Assembly (NCBI GenBank): GCA_019114625.1
Contig: DXFD01000083.1
Coordinates: 1,845 to 65,844, forward strand
Direction of reading: 5' to 3'
Length of the DNA: 64,000 bases
Origin: Candidatus Borkfalkia faecigallinarum
Lineage (GTDB): Bacteria; Bacillota; Clostridia; Christensenellales; Borkfalkiaceae
Positions 49,372 through 59,167 of this stretch are shown one piece after another. Made by a program: the position numbers and the translations under genes. How positions within the stretch are numbered: position 1 is the stretch's first letter; each line of letters starts with the position of its first letter. The notes below the pieces were generated by a model. It saw nothing but the letters and a program-made list of their open reading frames with translations, ran no database searches and was not told the DNA's origin.

Positions 49372-50853
49372 ATGGGCAAGAAGAAGTCGGTGGCGTTGAT
49401 CGTGATCATGGTCATCGTGCTGGTGGGGCTCACGTTTCTCAGCGTGGCGTCGTTCCCGCTTTCATCACCGTATCATTTTAAGCCGCTGCTCGGCAATATT
49501 CGGCTGAGCACCGATCTGGGCGGCGGTTACTACACCGTGTATTATCCGGAAGGGGTGATCTCGCAGGAAGAATACGACCTGCTCGTCAATTCCGAGACCG
49601 GCAGCGACGCTGTCGAAACGTACACGAAGCACAAAGGCATCTACTATTCGGACGAGATCGCGGCGGATGACGGTTCGATCAGCGAGAGCTTTGTCGAGGA
49701 GTTCAATACCGCGTTCCGCACCTTGCAGGAGCGCTTTGAGTCCAAGAACTACCCCGGCTATTCGGTCAAGCTGCAGGACGATTACACCATCCGCGTGGAG
49801 ATCCCGAGTTCGAAGGATCCGGAGACCGGCAATTTCAGAGAATCTCCGCAGACCCTGTTCGATACGCTCGGCAACGATGGCGCGGCATATTTTGCGGACG
49901 AGTCGGGCGACGAGCTGATGCGTCTGGATCCGGAGACCGTCAAAAGCACGGCGATCGGAGTCGGCACGGACGGCGGCTACGGCGTGATCTTCAACTTTAC
50001 GTCGGAAGGCCAGTCCGAATTTTATGAAGCCACGTCCGCTCTGATGAACGACGCCGCTTCGGACAACTCGGATACGACCGGCGGTACTACGATCCAGGCT
50101 TCGCTGTTCCTCCATGTGGGGGATACCGCCATCGTGGAGACGACGATCGAAAGCGTGCTCAACCAGCAGTCCGTCTTTATCGGCGGCGGCTTCAGCACGC
50201 CGGAAGCGGCCGAGACGGTCACCTGCCTCATCAATTCCGTTTTGGACGAGGAGAACGTGTTCGATCTGCAGCTGGAAGCTCCCGAATATTATGAATTCGG
50301 GCCCACCATGGGCGACAACGTCGCCCTGGTCGTCGCGATCGTGTTCGGCATTCTTATCCTGGCGATGGCGGTGTATTCGATCGTCCGCTACCGCGGCATG
50401 GGCCTGGCGCACGTTCTGAGCTTCATCACCTTCGCGCTGCTGATGGTCCTGTTCCTCTCGCTGATCGACGCGGTCGTCCTCAACATGGCGGGCGTGCTCG
50501 CGATCCTGGCCGTGTCGGCGCTGCTGTGCGGGTTCGATTGGTATGCTTTCAAGAACATCGCCGACGAGTTCGCGACCGGCAAGACGCTGACGGCGTCCAT
50601 CAAAGAGGGCTATAAAAAGAGCCTCGCGCTGACCATCGACGTGCACGTCGTGCTCTTTGTCGCCGCGCTGCTCCTGTATTTTGTGGCGACGGGCGCAGCG
50701 CTCTATATGTCGCTCATCCTGATGTTCGGCACGGTCATCTCCGCTGCCTGCTCTTTGGGCGTGACCCGTTTCTTCTTCTATGTGCTCCTGGCGCAGCCGA
50801 AGAACAAGATCGCCTTCTGCAATTTCAAACGGGAGGAAACGGAAGATGAGTAA
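49372..50853 (+). CDS. secD: SecD-like protein export membrane protein (divergent)
   Basis: TM1 then IRLSTDLGGG, IRVEIP, FGPTMG, then five TMs; upstream of secF-recJ. Confidence 0.8.
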   Translation: MGKKKSVALIVIMVIVLVGLTFLSVASFPLSSPYHFKPLLGNIRLSTDLGGGYYTVYYPEGVISQEEYDLLVNSETGSDAVETYTKHKGIYYSDEIAADDGSISESFVEEFNTAFRTLQERFESKNYPGYSVKLQDDYTIRVEIPSSKDPETGNFRESPQTLFDTLGNDGAAYFADESGDELMRLDPETVKSTAIGVGTDGGYGVIFNFTSEGQSEFYEATSALMNDAASDNSDTTGGTTIQASLFLHVGDTAIVETTIESVLNQQSVFIGGGFSTPEAAETVTCLINSVLDEENVFDLQLEAPEYYEFGPTMGDNVALVVAIVFGILILAMAVYSIVRYRGMGLAHVLSFITFALLMVLFLSLIDAVVLNMAGVLAILAVSALLCGFDWYAFKNIADEFATGKTLTASIKEGYKKSLALTIDVHVVLFVAALLLYFVATGAALYMSLILMFGTVISAACSLGVTRFFFYVLLAQPKNKIAFCNFKREETEDE

Positions 50854-51760
50854 TCGGAAGACTGCCTTTTGGATCAATCTTGTTGTCAGTCTCGTGCTGA
50901 TCGCCGTCGGCGCGTTCCTCGTCGGGTTTGTCGGCTTCAACGCCGATTCGACGACGTGCGACGCGAATGTGATCGAAGTGCGCGATATGCTCCGCCTGTC
51001 CGACGACGCGCGCGACGCGCTGCAGGACCATTGCAGCGACGAGCTGGCCTCTTACTGCAGCGTCAGCTCCGTGAAGGTCTCCGAGGCCTCCGCGACCGGC
51101 GCGACCGTGCTCGAATTCAGCGTCGGCGCCGACAGCGAGGAAGAGCTCGCCGGTGCCGCCGATTCGCTGCGCAGCTCGCTCGAATCCGCCTCGATCGAGG
51201 GCGTGGACGCGGCGCTGATCACCGTCTCGTATCATCTGTCGGAGAACGCTCCGTACTACACCTATATCTGGCGCACGGCGATCGCCGTCGGCGTCTCGAT
51301 GGTGCTCCTGTTCGCCTACGCGGCGATCCGCTTCAAGCTCAGCGCGGGCCTGTCCGTGCTGGTCGCCGGCGCGCATGACGTGCTGCTGACCCTCGCCCTG
51401 GTCGCGATCCTTCGCATCCCCGCGGGCGTCGGCCTCGTGGGCGTCGCCGTGTTCTCCTTCCTGCTCTCCGCCTTCCTGAGCATGACCGTGTTCGGCAAGG
51501 TGCGCACGCTGCGCAGCGAAGAGGCCACGCGTGGGATGTCTGCCGCCGAGATGGTCGACGTCGCCGTGAAAGACAGGCGCGGGATCGTCGCGGCCACGGC
51601 TGTGTTTGCCGCGCTGTTCTGCGTGATCCTCGGCGTCATCGGGATCTTTGTCGGCTCGGATATGACCTGGATCATGCTCGCGTCGCTCCTCGCGGTCGCG
51701 GTGTCGGCCTGCTCCTCGCTCTTCCTGGCGCCTTCGATGTACGCCACGCTCAAGGGCTGA
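50846..51760 (+). CDS. secF: SecF-like protein export membrane protein (divergent)
   Basis: Y..IRF, AHDV and SSLFLA motifs; six TMs; overlaps secD. Confidence 0.78.
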   Translation: MSNRKTAFWINLVVSLVLIAVGAFLVGFVGFNADSTTCDANVIEVRDMLRLSDDARDALQDHCSDELASYCSVSSVKVSEASATGATVLEFSVGADSEEELAGAADSLRSSLESASIEGVDAALITVSYHLSENAPYYTYIWRTAIAVGVSMVLLFAYAAIRFKLSAGLSVLVAGAHDVLLTLALVAILRIPAGVGLVGVAVFSFLLSAFLSMTVFGKVRTLRSEEATRGMSAAEMVDVAVKDRRGIVAATAVFAALFCVILGVIGIFVGSDMTWIMLASLLAVAVSACSSLFLAPSMYATLKG

Positions 51761-51930
51761 GCGCGCGCCCTCCCGCATGGGGCGGGCAGTCAATCATTTG
51801 TTTCGGATGGGGCGGGGGCTTTGTCTCCCGTCCTTTTGTTTTTTGGAAATACCGTCGGTTCGGCAGGGCGCGGCTGCCGGCCCCCGCAAGACGTCCTGCC
51901 GTGTGAACGATCGCAAAAAGGAGGCGGCGC

Positions 51931-54246
51931 ATGAAAAAGATCGTACCCGAATTTGTCTTTACGGCCGAGCAGGCCGAAGCCGCGCGCGCGATCGCTTCCC
52001 GGTGCGGATTGCACGAGCTGACGGCGCGCATCCTGTTCGCGCGGGGCGCGGACACCGAAGAAAAGGTCCGCCGCTTTCTCTCTCCCTCGCGCAAACATTT
52101 CCTTTCTCCCTTTCGGATGCGCGGGATGCGCGAACTGGTCGACCGCCTCTCGCGGGTGCGCGACGCGGGCGGCATGGTCGCCGTGTTCGGCGACTACGAT
52201 GCGGACGGGATCGGCGCGGCGGCGATCCTGACGTCCGCCCTGCGCCAATACGGCGTCCGCTGCGCGGCGCACATTCCCGAGCGCACGGACGGATACGGGA
52301 TGTCCGTCGCCGCGCTCGAGGCGATCATCGACGAACACAAGCCCGACCTCATCGTCACCGTCGACTGCGGCGTCTCCAACCGCGAGGAGGTCGCATACAT
52401 CCGATCGCGCGGGGTGGACGTGGTCGTGACCGATCACCACGAGCTGCCGCCCGTCCTTCCCGATTGCGTCGTCATCAACCCGAAGCTGGCGGACGACTAC
52501 CCGTACGACAACCTGTGCGGGGCGGGCGTCGCCTTCAAGGTCGCCTGCGCGCTGCTGGGCGAGGACGCCTATCCGCTCCTCGACCTCGCCGCCGTTTCGA
52601 CGGTCGCGGACAGTGTGCCGCTGACGGGCGAGAACCGCGACATCGTGTTCGAGGGGCTGCGCCTCATCAATACCCGCCCGCGCGAGGCGCTGCGCTGCCT
52701 GCTGGCGACGAAGAAGGAGGAGATCACGGCGCAGACGCTCGCGTTCACCGTCGCGCCCCGCATCAACGCCGCGGGCCGGATGGGGGATGCGGACTGCGCG
52801 CTGCGCCTGTTCACCTCCCGCGACAAGGCGGAGATCTACGACCTCGCCTGCCGCCTCAACGCCTTCAACCTCGAGCGCCAGCAGATCTGCGACGAGGTCT
52901 ATCGCAGCGCCAAGGAGAAGATCGCGGCGGAGGGCGCCTACCGCAACATCATCATGCTCAGCGACGAGTCGTGGAACGCGGGCATCGTCGGCATCGTCGC
53001 GGCCCGCCTCGTCGAGGAATTCAACCGCCCCGCCATCCTCTTCGTCCCGCACGGCGACTGCCTGAAAGGCTCCGCCCGCACCATCGAAAGCGTCAACATC
53101 TATGAGGCGCTGAAGGCGTGCAGCGAGCACATCGCCGAATTCGGCGGCCACGCGCAGGCCGCGGGCGTCAATATCCGCAAGGAGTCGTTCGGGGCGCTGC
53201 GCTCCGCGCTGGACGAGTACATCGGCAAGACGTATTCGCGCGCGGATCTCGAGCCGACGCTGGGCGTCTGTTCGGGGGAAGGGGTGTCCTTCGACATCGG
53301 GCTTGCGGAGGAGTTGGAACGGCTGGAACCCTGCGGCGTCGGCAACCGCAAGCCTCTCTTTGCGATCGAGTGCGAGCATACGCCCGCCCGCCGCCTGAAA
53401 GACGGCTCGCCCCACCTTTCCGTCCGCGCGGACGGGCTCGACCTCGTCTGGTTCGGCGGTGAAGCCGCGCTGCCGCTGCTCTCGTCGGACATCCGCAAGA
53501 CGCTCGTGTTCGAGTGCGGCGTCTCCCGCTTCCGCGGCGAAAAGACCGTGCGCGGGGTCGTGCGCGACATGGTCTGCAAGGGAGGCGGGGGAAGTGTGGC
53601 GTCCCTGTACGGGTTCCGCAACGCGCTTTTGCGCATGAAGGAGCCTTCCGTGCCCGCAGAGATCGAGTGGGACACGACGGAAGGGATCCGCGCCCGCATC
53701 CGTGCGGCGCGCGAAGCGTGCCGCTACGGCTTGCTCATGCTCTGTTCGGAAGGGGTCCCCGCAGAGCTGTCCGACTGCGCGGACGGTCTGGAATGTGACC
53801 TGTTCCGCCTCAGCTCGCACAACGTGGGTAACGCCGTGCTCGTCGCCCCGGCGGCGGACGCGGACATCGCTCTCTACCGCGACGTGATCTGGCTGGATAC
53901 GCCCGCGGCGGGCGGGCTGCGCGATCTCGCCGGGCGTAAAGTGGTCGTGAACCGCGAGATCGACGGCGCGGGCGCGATCCGCGGGCTGGACACCTCGCGC
54001 GAGGCGATGAGCGACGCATACCGCGCGGTGCGCGTCGGGCTGACGGGGGAGGACAGCGTCGCCGCGGCGCTCTCGGTGAAGTCCGATCTCCCCGTGCATG
54101 AACTGATCTTTGCGATCGAAGTATTCGTCGAGCTGGGTCTGCTGCGCTTTGACCGCGGCAGGCTGGCGGCGGTCCGCGGCAAAAAGTCCGATCTCGGCCG
54201 CTCGGCGCTCTATACGGCGGTATGCCGATGGAAGGAAAAGAAATGA
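51931..54246 (+). CDS. recJ: Single-stranded DNA exonuclease RecJ
   Basis: GDYDADG, TVDCG, TDHH, APRINAAGR and GGHAQAAG motifs. Confidence 0.96.
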   Translation: MKKIVPEFVFTAEQAEAARAIASRCGLHELTARILFARGADTEEKVRRFLSPSRKHFLSPFRMRGMRELVDRLSRVRDAGGMVAVFGDYDADGIGAAAILTSALRQYGVRCAAHIPERTDGYGMSVAALEAIIDEHKPDLIVTVDCGVSNREEVAYIRSRGVDVVVTDHHELPPVLPDCVVINPKLADDYPYDNLCGAGVAFKVACALLGEDAYPLLDLAAVSTVADSVPLTGENRDIVFEGLRLINTRPREALRCLLATKKEEITAQTLAFTVAPRINAAGRMGDADCALRLFTSRDKAEIYDLACRLNAFNLERQQICDEVYRSAKEKIAAEGAYRNIIMLSDESWNAGIVGIVAARLVEEFNRPAILFVPHGDCLKGSARTIESVNIYEALKACSEHIAEFGGHAQAAGVNIRKESFGALRSALDEYIGKTYSRADLEPTLGVCSGEGVSFDIGLAEELERLEPCGVGNRKPLFAIECEHTPARRLKDGSPHLSVRADGLDLVWFGGEAALPLLSSDIRKTLVFECGVSRFRGEKTVRGVVRDMVCKGGGGSVASLYGFRNALLRMKEPSVPAEIEWDTTEGIRARIRAAREACRYGLLMLCSEGVPAELSDCADGLECDLFRLSSHNVGNAVLVAPAADADIALYRDVIWLDTPAAGGLRDLAGRKVVVNREIDGAGAIRGLDTSREAMSDAYRAVRVGLTGEDSVAAALSVKSDLPVHELIFAIEVFVELGLLRFDRGRLAAVRGKKSDLGRSALYTAVCRWKEKK

Positions 54247-56375
54247 ACGACGTTTTACAGATGATCTATGACAACTATACGGGCGCCGAGCGGGAGATGC
54301 TGGTGCGCGCATACCACTACGCCGAACAGGCGCACAGCGGGCAGAAGCGCGCCTCCGGCGAGGCGTACTTCATCCATCCCTGCGCCGTCGCCAAGATCCT
54401 GATGGAGCTGGGGCTGGACTGCGCCACCATCGCGGCGGCGTTCCTGCACGACGTCATCGAGGACACGCCCGTCACGGAGGAGGACATCCGCCGCGAGTTC
54501 GGGGAAGAGGTCCTGCGCCTCGTTTCGGGCGTCACCAAGCTGGATAAGATCGTTTTTAAGTCGCGTGAAGAGGAGGAGGCGGAGAATTTCCGCAAGATCT
54601 TTGTCGCGATGGCGAAGGACATCCGCGTCATCATCATCAAACTGGCCGACCGCCTGCACAATATGCGCTCGCTCAACTTCCTCTCCAAAGAGCGGCAGCT
54701 GAAAATGGCGCAGGAGACGCTGGATATTTATACCCCGCTCGCGGGGCGCCTCGGTATCTCCCAGATCAAGTGCGAGCTGGAGGACCTCTGCCTCAAATAC
54801 CTCGACCCCGAGGCATACGAGTTTTTGGTCGAAAACATCCATCAGAAATTATACGAGCGGCACAACTTCGTCGATTTCGTCGTCAAGGAGATCAAGAACA
54901 TCCTCGACGAGAGCAAGATCGAAGGGGAGGTATTCGGCCGCCCGAAGCACTTCTATTCCATCTATAAAAAGATGAAGGCGCAGAATAAAACGCTCGACCA
55001 GATCTACGACCTGACCGCCGTGCGCGTCATCGTCGGCACGGTGGACGAGTGTTACGAGGTGTTCGGCAAGATCCACAAGCGCTGGAAGCCGATCCCCGGC
55101 CGCATCAAGGACTACATCGCGACGCCGAAGGCGAATATGTACCAATCGCTGCACACGACGGTCGTCACCAACTTCGGCCAGCCCTTCGAGATCCAGATCC
55201 GCACCTTCGAGATGCACCGCACGGCCGAGTTCGGTATCGCGGCGCATTGGAAGTACAAGGAAAAGCGCGCGGAGGACACTTCCTTTACCGAACGCCTTTC
55301 CTGGATCCGCGAGGTGCTCGACTGGGAGGGCGGGCTGAAGGACTCGAAGGATTTCATGGAGTCGCTCAAGACCGAGCTGTATTCCAACGAGCTGCTCGTC
55401 TTTACCCCGAAGGGCAAGGTCATCTCGCTGCCCAAAGACGCGACGCCGATCGACTTTGCCTATGCCATCCACAGCGAGATCGGCAACCATTGCGTCGGGG
55501 CGCGCGTCAATTCCAAGATCGTCCAGCTCAACTCCACGCTGCAGACGGGCGACGTGGTGGAGATCATTACCTCCGCCAACTCCCGCGGCCCCTCCTGGGA
55601 CTGGCTGAAGATCGTCAAATCTTCCAGCGCCCGCGCCAAGATCAAGCAGTTCTTCCGGCGCGAGATGAAGGACGAGAATATCAAGATCGGCCGCAGCATG
55701 CTCGAGCTGGAAGCCAAGCACCGCGGCTACAACCTTTCCGATATCCTCACCGAAGAGAGCTTCGCCAAGATCTCGGAAAAATTCTCCTTCTTCTCGCAGG
55801 ACGAGATGTTTGCTTCCGTCGGCTACGGCGCGATCACCGTCAATCAGATCCTCTTCAAGCTGATCGACTTCTATAAGAAAGAGATCCCGAAAAAGCCCGT
55901 CTATCACGGCGACGCGGCCGATTCGAGCGGCGTCATCGTCAAGGGGATGAGCGGACTTCTGACCCGCTTTGCCGGCTGCTGCAACCCCGTCCCGGGCGAC
56001 AAGATCGTCGGCTTCGTATCGCGCGGCAGGGGGGTGGTCATCCACCGCGCCGACTGCCCGAACGTCAAAGATCTCGGCGAGGAGCCCGGCCGCATCCTGC
56101 CCGCCGAATGGGCGGAGACGCAGGGGGGCGGCCACTTTGTCGCGGGCATCGTCATTAAGGCGAAGGACCAGGGGCTCGCCCTCTCCGTCCTCACTTCCGT
56201 CGTCAGCGATATGCGCCTGATGATCACCGCCGTCAATTCCCGTTTTGACAAGAACAAGGACGCCGTCATCGAGGCGAATATCCGCCTCAACGGCAAGGAG
56301 GATATCGACCTCCTGATCCGCAAACTGCTCTCCGACGAGCGCATCGTCGAGGTGTATCGCACCGTCGCCAAGTGA
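54243..56375 (+). CDS. relA: Bifunctional (p)ppGpp synthetase/hydrolase Rel
   Basis: LHDVIEDT, KLADRLHN, YQSLHT and EIQIRT motifs; TGS and ACT domains. Confidence 0.97.
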   Translation: MNDVLQMIYDNYTGAEREMLVRAYHYAEQAHSGQKRASGEAYFIHPCAVAKILMELGLDCATIAAAFLHDVIEDTPVTEEDIRREFGEEVLRLVSGVTKLDKIVFKSREEEEAENFRKIFVAMAKDIRVIIIKLADRLHNMRSLNFLSKERQLKMAQETLDIYTPLAGRLGISQIKCELEDLCLKYLDPEAYEFLVENIHQKLYERHNFVDFVVKEIKNILDESKIEGEVFGRPKHFYSIYKKMKAQNKTLDQIYDLTAVRVIVGTVDECYEVFGKIHKRWKPIPGRIKDYIATPKANMYQSLHTTVVTNFGQPFEIQIRTFEMHRTAEFGIAAHWKYKEKRAEDTSFTERLSWIREVLDWEGGLKDSKDFMESLKTELYSNELLVFTPKGKVISLPKDATPIDFAYAIHSEIGNHCVGARVNSKIVQLNSTLQTGDVVEIITSANSRGPSWDWLKIVKSSSARAKIKQFFRREMKDENIKIGRSMLELEAKHRGYNLSDILTEESFAKISEKFSFFSQDEMFASVGYGAITVNQILFKLIDFYKKEIPKKPVYHGDAADSSGVIVKGMSGLLTRFAGCCNPVPGDKIVGFVSRGRGVVIHRADCPNVKDLGEEPGRILPAEWAETQGGGHFVAGIVIKAKDQGLALSVLTSVVSDMRLMITAVNSRFDKNKDAVIEANIRLNGKEDIDLLIRKLLSDERIVEVYRTVAK

Positions 56376-56465
56376 GCGGATCGCCGCGCTTTTCTGCGCG
56401 GAGTTCTTGCGCGTTGCGGCGCGTCTTGTGCGGATTTTTTGCGTATTCGGCGCGGATTTTGTGTG

Positions 56466-56492
56466 GATGCAGAGTACTGTGTCAGACATAGA
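56466..56492 (+). repeat. Dispersed AGTACT-core motif, copy 9
   Basis: GATGCAGAGTACTGTGTCAGACATAGA. Confidence 0.8.
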
Positions 56493-56522
56493 TCGCTTCT
56501 ATCGGGCGAAAGGGAGGAGCTT

Positions 56523-57122
56523 GTGCAGATCATCACCGTCCCCGCGGGACCGCTGCGGGCCAATTCGTATCTCTTGACGGAAAACGGCAGGGATGCCGTC
56601 CTCATCGACTGCGGCGGGAGCGAAGCGCTCGCGCAGGCGCGCCGCCGCGGCCTGCAGGTCGCGTATGTGCTGCTCACGCACGGGCACTTTGATCACGTCT
56701 TCGGCTGCGCCGCCGCGCAGGAGGCGGGCGCGAAGGTGGGGTGCTCGGAGGCGGAGCGCGCCTTTCTCGAAGCCGGCCCCGACCTCGGGCTCGCGATGGG
56801 GCTGTCCGTCCCGCCCTTTACCGTCGACTTCACCTTCCGCGACGGGGACGTCCTCGACCTGTGCGGCATGCGTTTTGCCGTGATCGCGTCGCCGGGGCAT
56901 ACGCCGGGCGGCGTCTGTTTCCGCGCGGGGCAGGCGCTGTTCACGGGCGATACGCTCTTTTTGGAGAGCGTGGGGCGGACGGATTTCCCGGGCGGCAGCG
57001 CGGCGCAGCTGCGGCAGAGCGTGCGGCGGCTGTTGGCGATCGAGGGCGACCTCGCCGTCTATCCGGGGCACGACGACCCGACTTCCCTCGCGCACGAGCG
57101 CCGATACAATCCCTTTGCCTGA
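56523..57122 (+). CDS. MBL-fold metallo-hydrolase (glyoxalase II-like)
   Basis: THGHFDH, PGHTPG, TGDTLF and YPGH motifs; GTG start after GGAGG. Confidence 0.92.
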   Translation: MQIITVPAGPLRANSYLLTENGRDAVLIDCGGSEALAQARRRGLQVAYVLLTHGHFDHVFGCAAAQEAGAKVGCSEAERAFLEAGPDLGLAMGLSVPPFTVDFTFRDGDVLDLCGMRFAVIASPGHTPGGVCFRAGQALFTGDTLFLESVGRTDFPGGSAAQLRQSVRRLLAIEGDLAVYPGHDDPTSLAHERRYNPFA

Positions 57123-57131
57123 GGCTGTGCC

Positions 57132-58508
57132 ATGCTGACAACGAATACGGAATTTTTATATCCCGAACTGATGGACGTCCTCCGCCTGTTCGGGGAGGAA
57201 CTGCCGGACATCCGGCATACCTTCCGTGCGGAGGGCGACCGCTTTTTGGACGAGGTCGAGACGGGCGGCCGCACCGACTTTTACGAGGAGCGGATGCCCT
57301 ATGCGGGCGAGCTCGAATTTCGCCGCTACGCCAAGCGCTTTTCCAAGATCGCGCTGTATCGGACCCTCTGTAAGGAGACGGGCCGCGCCATGCCCTGGGG
57401 CGCGCTGACGGGCATCCGCCCGACCAAGCTGGCGTACGCGGAGGCCGCCGCGGGCAGGGACTTTCGGGCGCTGTTCGAAAAATGCGGCGTTTCCCCCGCG
57501 AACATCGCGCTGATCGCGGACGTTCTGCGCGCGCAGGAGGGGATCTACGCGCGCGAAGAGGGCGCCGCCGATCTTTATATCGGCATCCCGTTCTGCCCTT
57601 CCAAATGCGAATATTGCTCGTTCATCACGGCCGACATCGGCAGGACGGGCAAGTACGTCGACGCCTATCTGGACGCGCTGGAACGGGAGATCGCCGCCTG
57701 CCGCGGGCTGTTCGGCAAACTGAACAGCGTCTACATCGGCGGCGGCACGCCGCTCGTGCTCGAACCCGCGCAGCTGCGCCGCGTGCTCGACGCGGCCGCG
57801 CCCTTTGCCGCGGGCGTCGAATACACCGTCGAGGCGGGCCGCCCCGACGTGTTCACCGAAGAGAAGCTGGATCTGCTGCGCGACTACGGCGTCACGCGCA
57901 TCTGTGTCAACCCGCAGACCTTCTGCGACGACACGCTCGTGCGCATCGGCCGCCGGCACACGGCGGCGGACGTGTACCGCGCGTATGAGATGGCGCGCCG
58001 CTATCCGTTTGCGGTCAACCTCGACCTCATCGCGGGGCTGACGGGGGAGTCGGTCGGCGACTTTTGCGCGAGTGTCGACGCGGCGATCGCCCTCGCTCCC
58101 GACAACATCACCGTCCACACGCTCTGCCTGAAAAAGGGCGCCAGGCTCAAAGAGGAGGAGAGCCGCCTGTGCGGGGCGGGGCTCCCGGAGATGATCGCCT
58201 ATTCGCGTGCGGCGCTGTATGCGGCGGGGTATGAACCCTATTACCTGTATCGGCAGAAGTACATGGCGGGCAACTGCGAAAACACGGGCTGGACCCGCCC
58301 GGGCAAGGCGTGCGTGTACAACGTGGACGTGATGGAGGAGATCACGGACAACATCGCCTGCGGCGCGAACGCGGTGGGGAAAAAGCTCTTCCCCGCGCAG
58401 GCGCGCATCGAGCGGTTCGGTTCCCCGAAGGACATCCCCACCTACATCGGCAAGATCGATCCGATCATCGAGCGCAAGCGCGCGCTGTATTGCGGCGAGA
58501 AGGACTGA
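57132..58508 (+). CDS. hemZ: HemZ radical SAM protein (coproporphyrinogen dehydrogenase-like)
   Basis: WGALTGIRPTK, IPFCPSKCEYC, EAGRPD and PYYLYRQK motifs. Confidence 0.92.
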   Translation: MLTTNTEFLYPELMDVLRLFGEELPDIRHTFRAEGDRFLDEVETGGRTDFYEERMPYAGELEFRRYAKRFSKIALYRTLCKETGRAMPWGALTGIRPTKLAYAEAAAGRDFRALFEKCGVSPANIALIADVLRAQEGIYAREEGAADLYIGIPFCPSKCEYCSFITADIGRTGKYVDAYLDALEREIAACRGLFGKLNSVYIGGGTPLVLEPAQLRRVLDAAAPFAAGVEYTVEAGRPDVFTEEKLDLLRDYGVTRICVNPQTFCDDTLVRIGRRHTAADVYRAYEMARRYPFAVNLDLIAGLTGESVGDFCASVDAAIALAPDNITVHTLCLKKGARLKEEESRLCGAGLPEMIAYSRAALYAAGYEPYYLYRQKYMAGNCENTGWTRPGKACVYNVDVMEEITDNIACGANAVGKKLFPAQARIERFGSPKDIPTYIGKIDPIIERKRALYCGEKD

Positions 58509-58560
58509 GCGCGGGTCAAGGGCAAGAGGCCGCACCGGCGTGCGGCGGCGCATATGCCGG

Positions 58561-58661
58561 GCATTGTAAAGGTGCGTCTGCCGCGCTCTCTCGCGCATCA
58601 AACAAAGCGTGGTTGCCGCATATTTTTCGCGCATTGCCAAGGCGCGTCTGCCGCGCTTTCT
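58561..58661 (+). repeat. Direct repeat of ~31 bp, 70-bp period
   Basis: GCATTG..AAGG(T/C)GCGTCTGCCGCGCT(C/T)TCT at 58561 and 58631. Confidence 0.75.
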
Positions 58662-58701
58662 TGCGCGCGGTAAAAAACAGAAAATTATACGGTCGAATCA
58701 G

Positions 58702-58730
58702 TTTACAACGGGCGCAAAATATGGTAAAAT
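58702..58730 (+). promoter_or_regulatory. sigmaA promoter of rpsO
   Basis: TTTACA-N17-TAAAAT with TG extension. Confidence 0.65.
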
Positions 58731-58811
58731 AATCTCATGCGTGGTCAAAGCCGAGCGGTTCTCCTCGCCGAGCTTTGTCCTCGTGAATAAATATTTCCAA
58801 GGAGTAAAACA

Positions 58812-59075
58812 ATGGAAAAGGAAAAGAAATCGCAGATCATCAACGAGTACAAGAGACACGACGGGGACACCGGTTCTTCCGAGGTCCAGATCGCTCTCCT
58901 CACCGAGCGCATCAATCACCTCAACGAGCATCTGAAAGAGCACCCGCACGACAACCACAGCCGCCGCGGCCTTTTGAAGATGGTCGGCCAGCGCCGCGGG
59001 TTGCTCGATTACATCAAATCGAAGGACATTGAAAAGTACAGAGATATCGTTGCCCGCCTCGATTTGAGAAAATAA
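58812..59075 (+). CDS. rpsO: 30S ribosomal protein S15
   Basis: [16 protein letters not shown] and [14 protein letters not shown] motifs. Confidence 0.98.
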   Translation: MEKEKKSQIINEYKRHDGDTGSSEVQIALLTERINHLNEHLKEHPHDNHSRRGLLKMVGQRRGLLDYIKSKDIEKYRDIVARLDLRK

Positions 59076-59081
59076 GTATTT

Positions 59082-59109
59082 TAAGGGCGGAACGATCGTT
59101 CGGCCCTTA
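59082..59109 (+). terminator. Hairpin between rpsO and pnp (terminator or processing site)
   Basis: TAAGGGCGGAACG-AT-CGTTCGGCCCTTA. Confidence 0.6.
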
Positions 59110-59167
59110 TTAAATATTTGCGGGGCGCAGGTGCTCTCCGCATGAACAACGAGTTAAGGAGTGAAGA

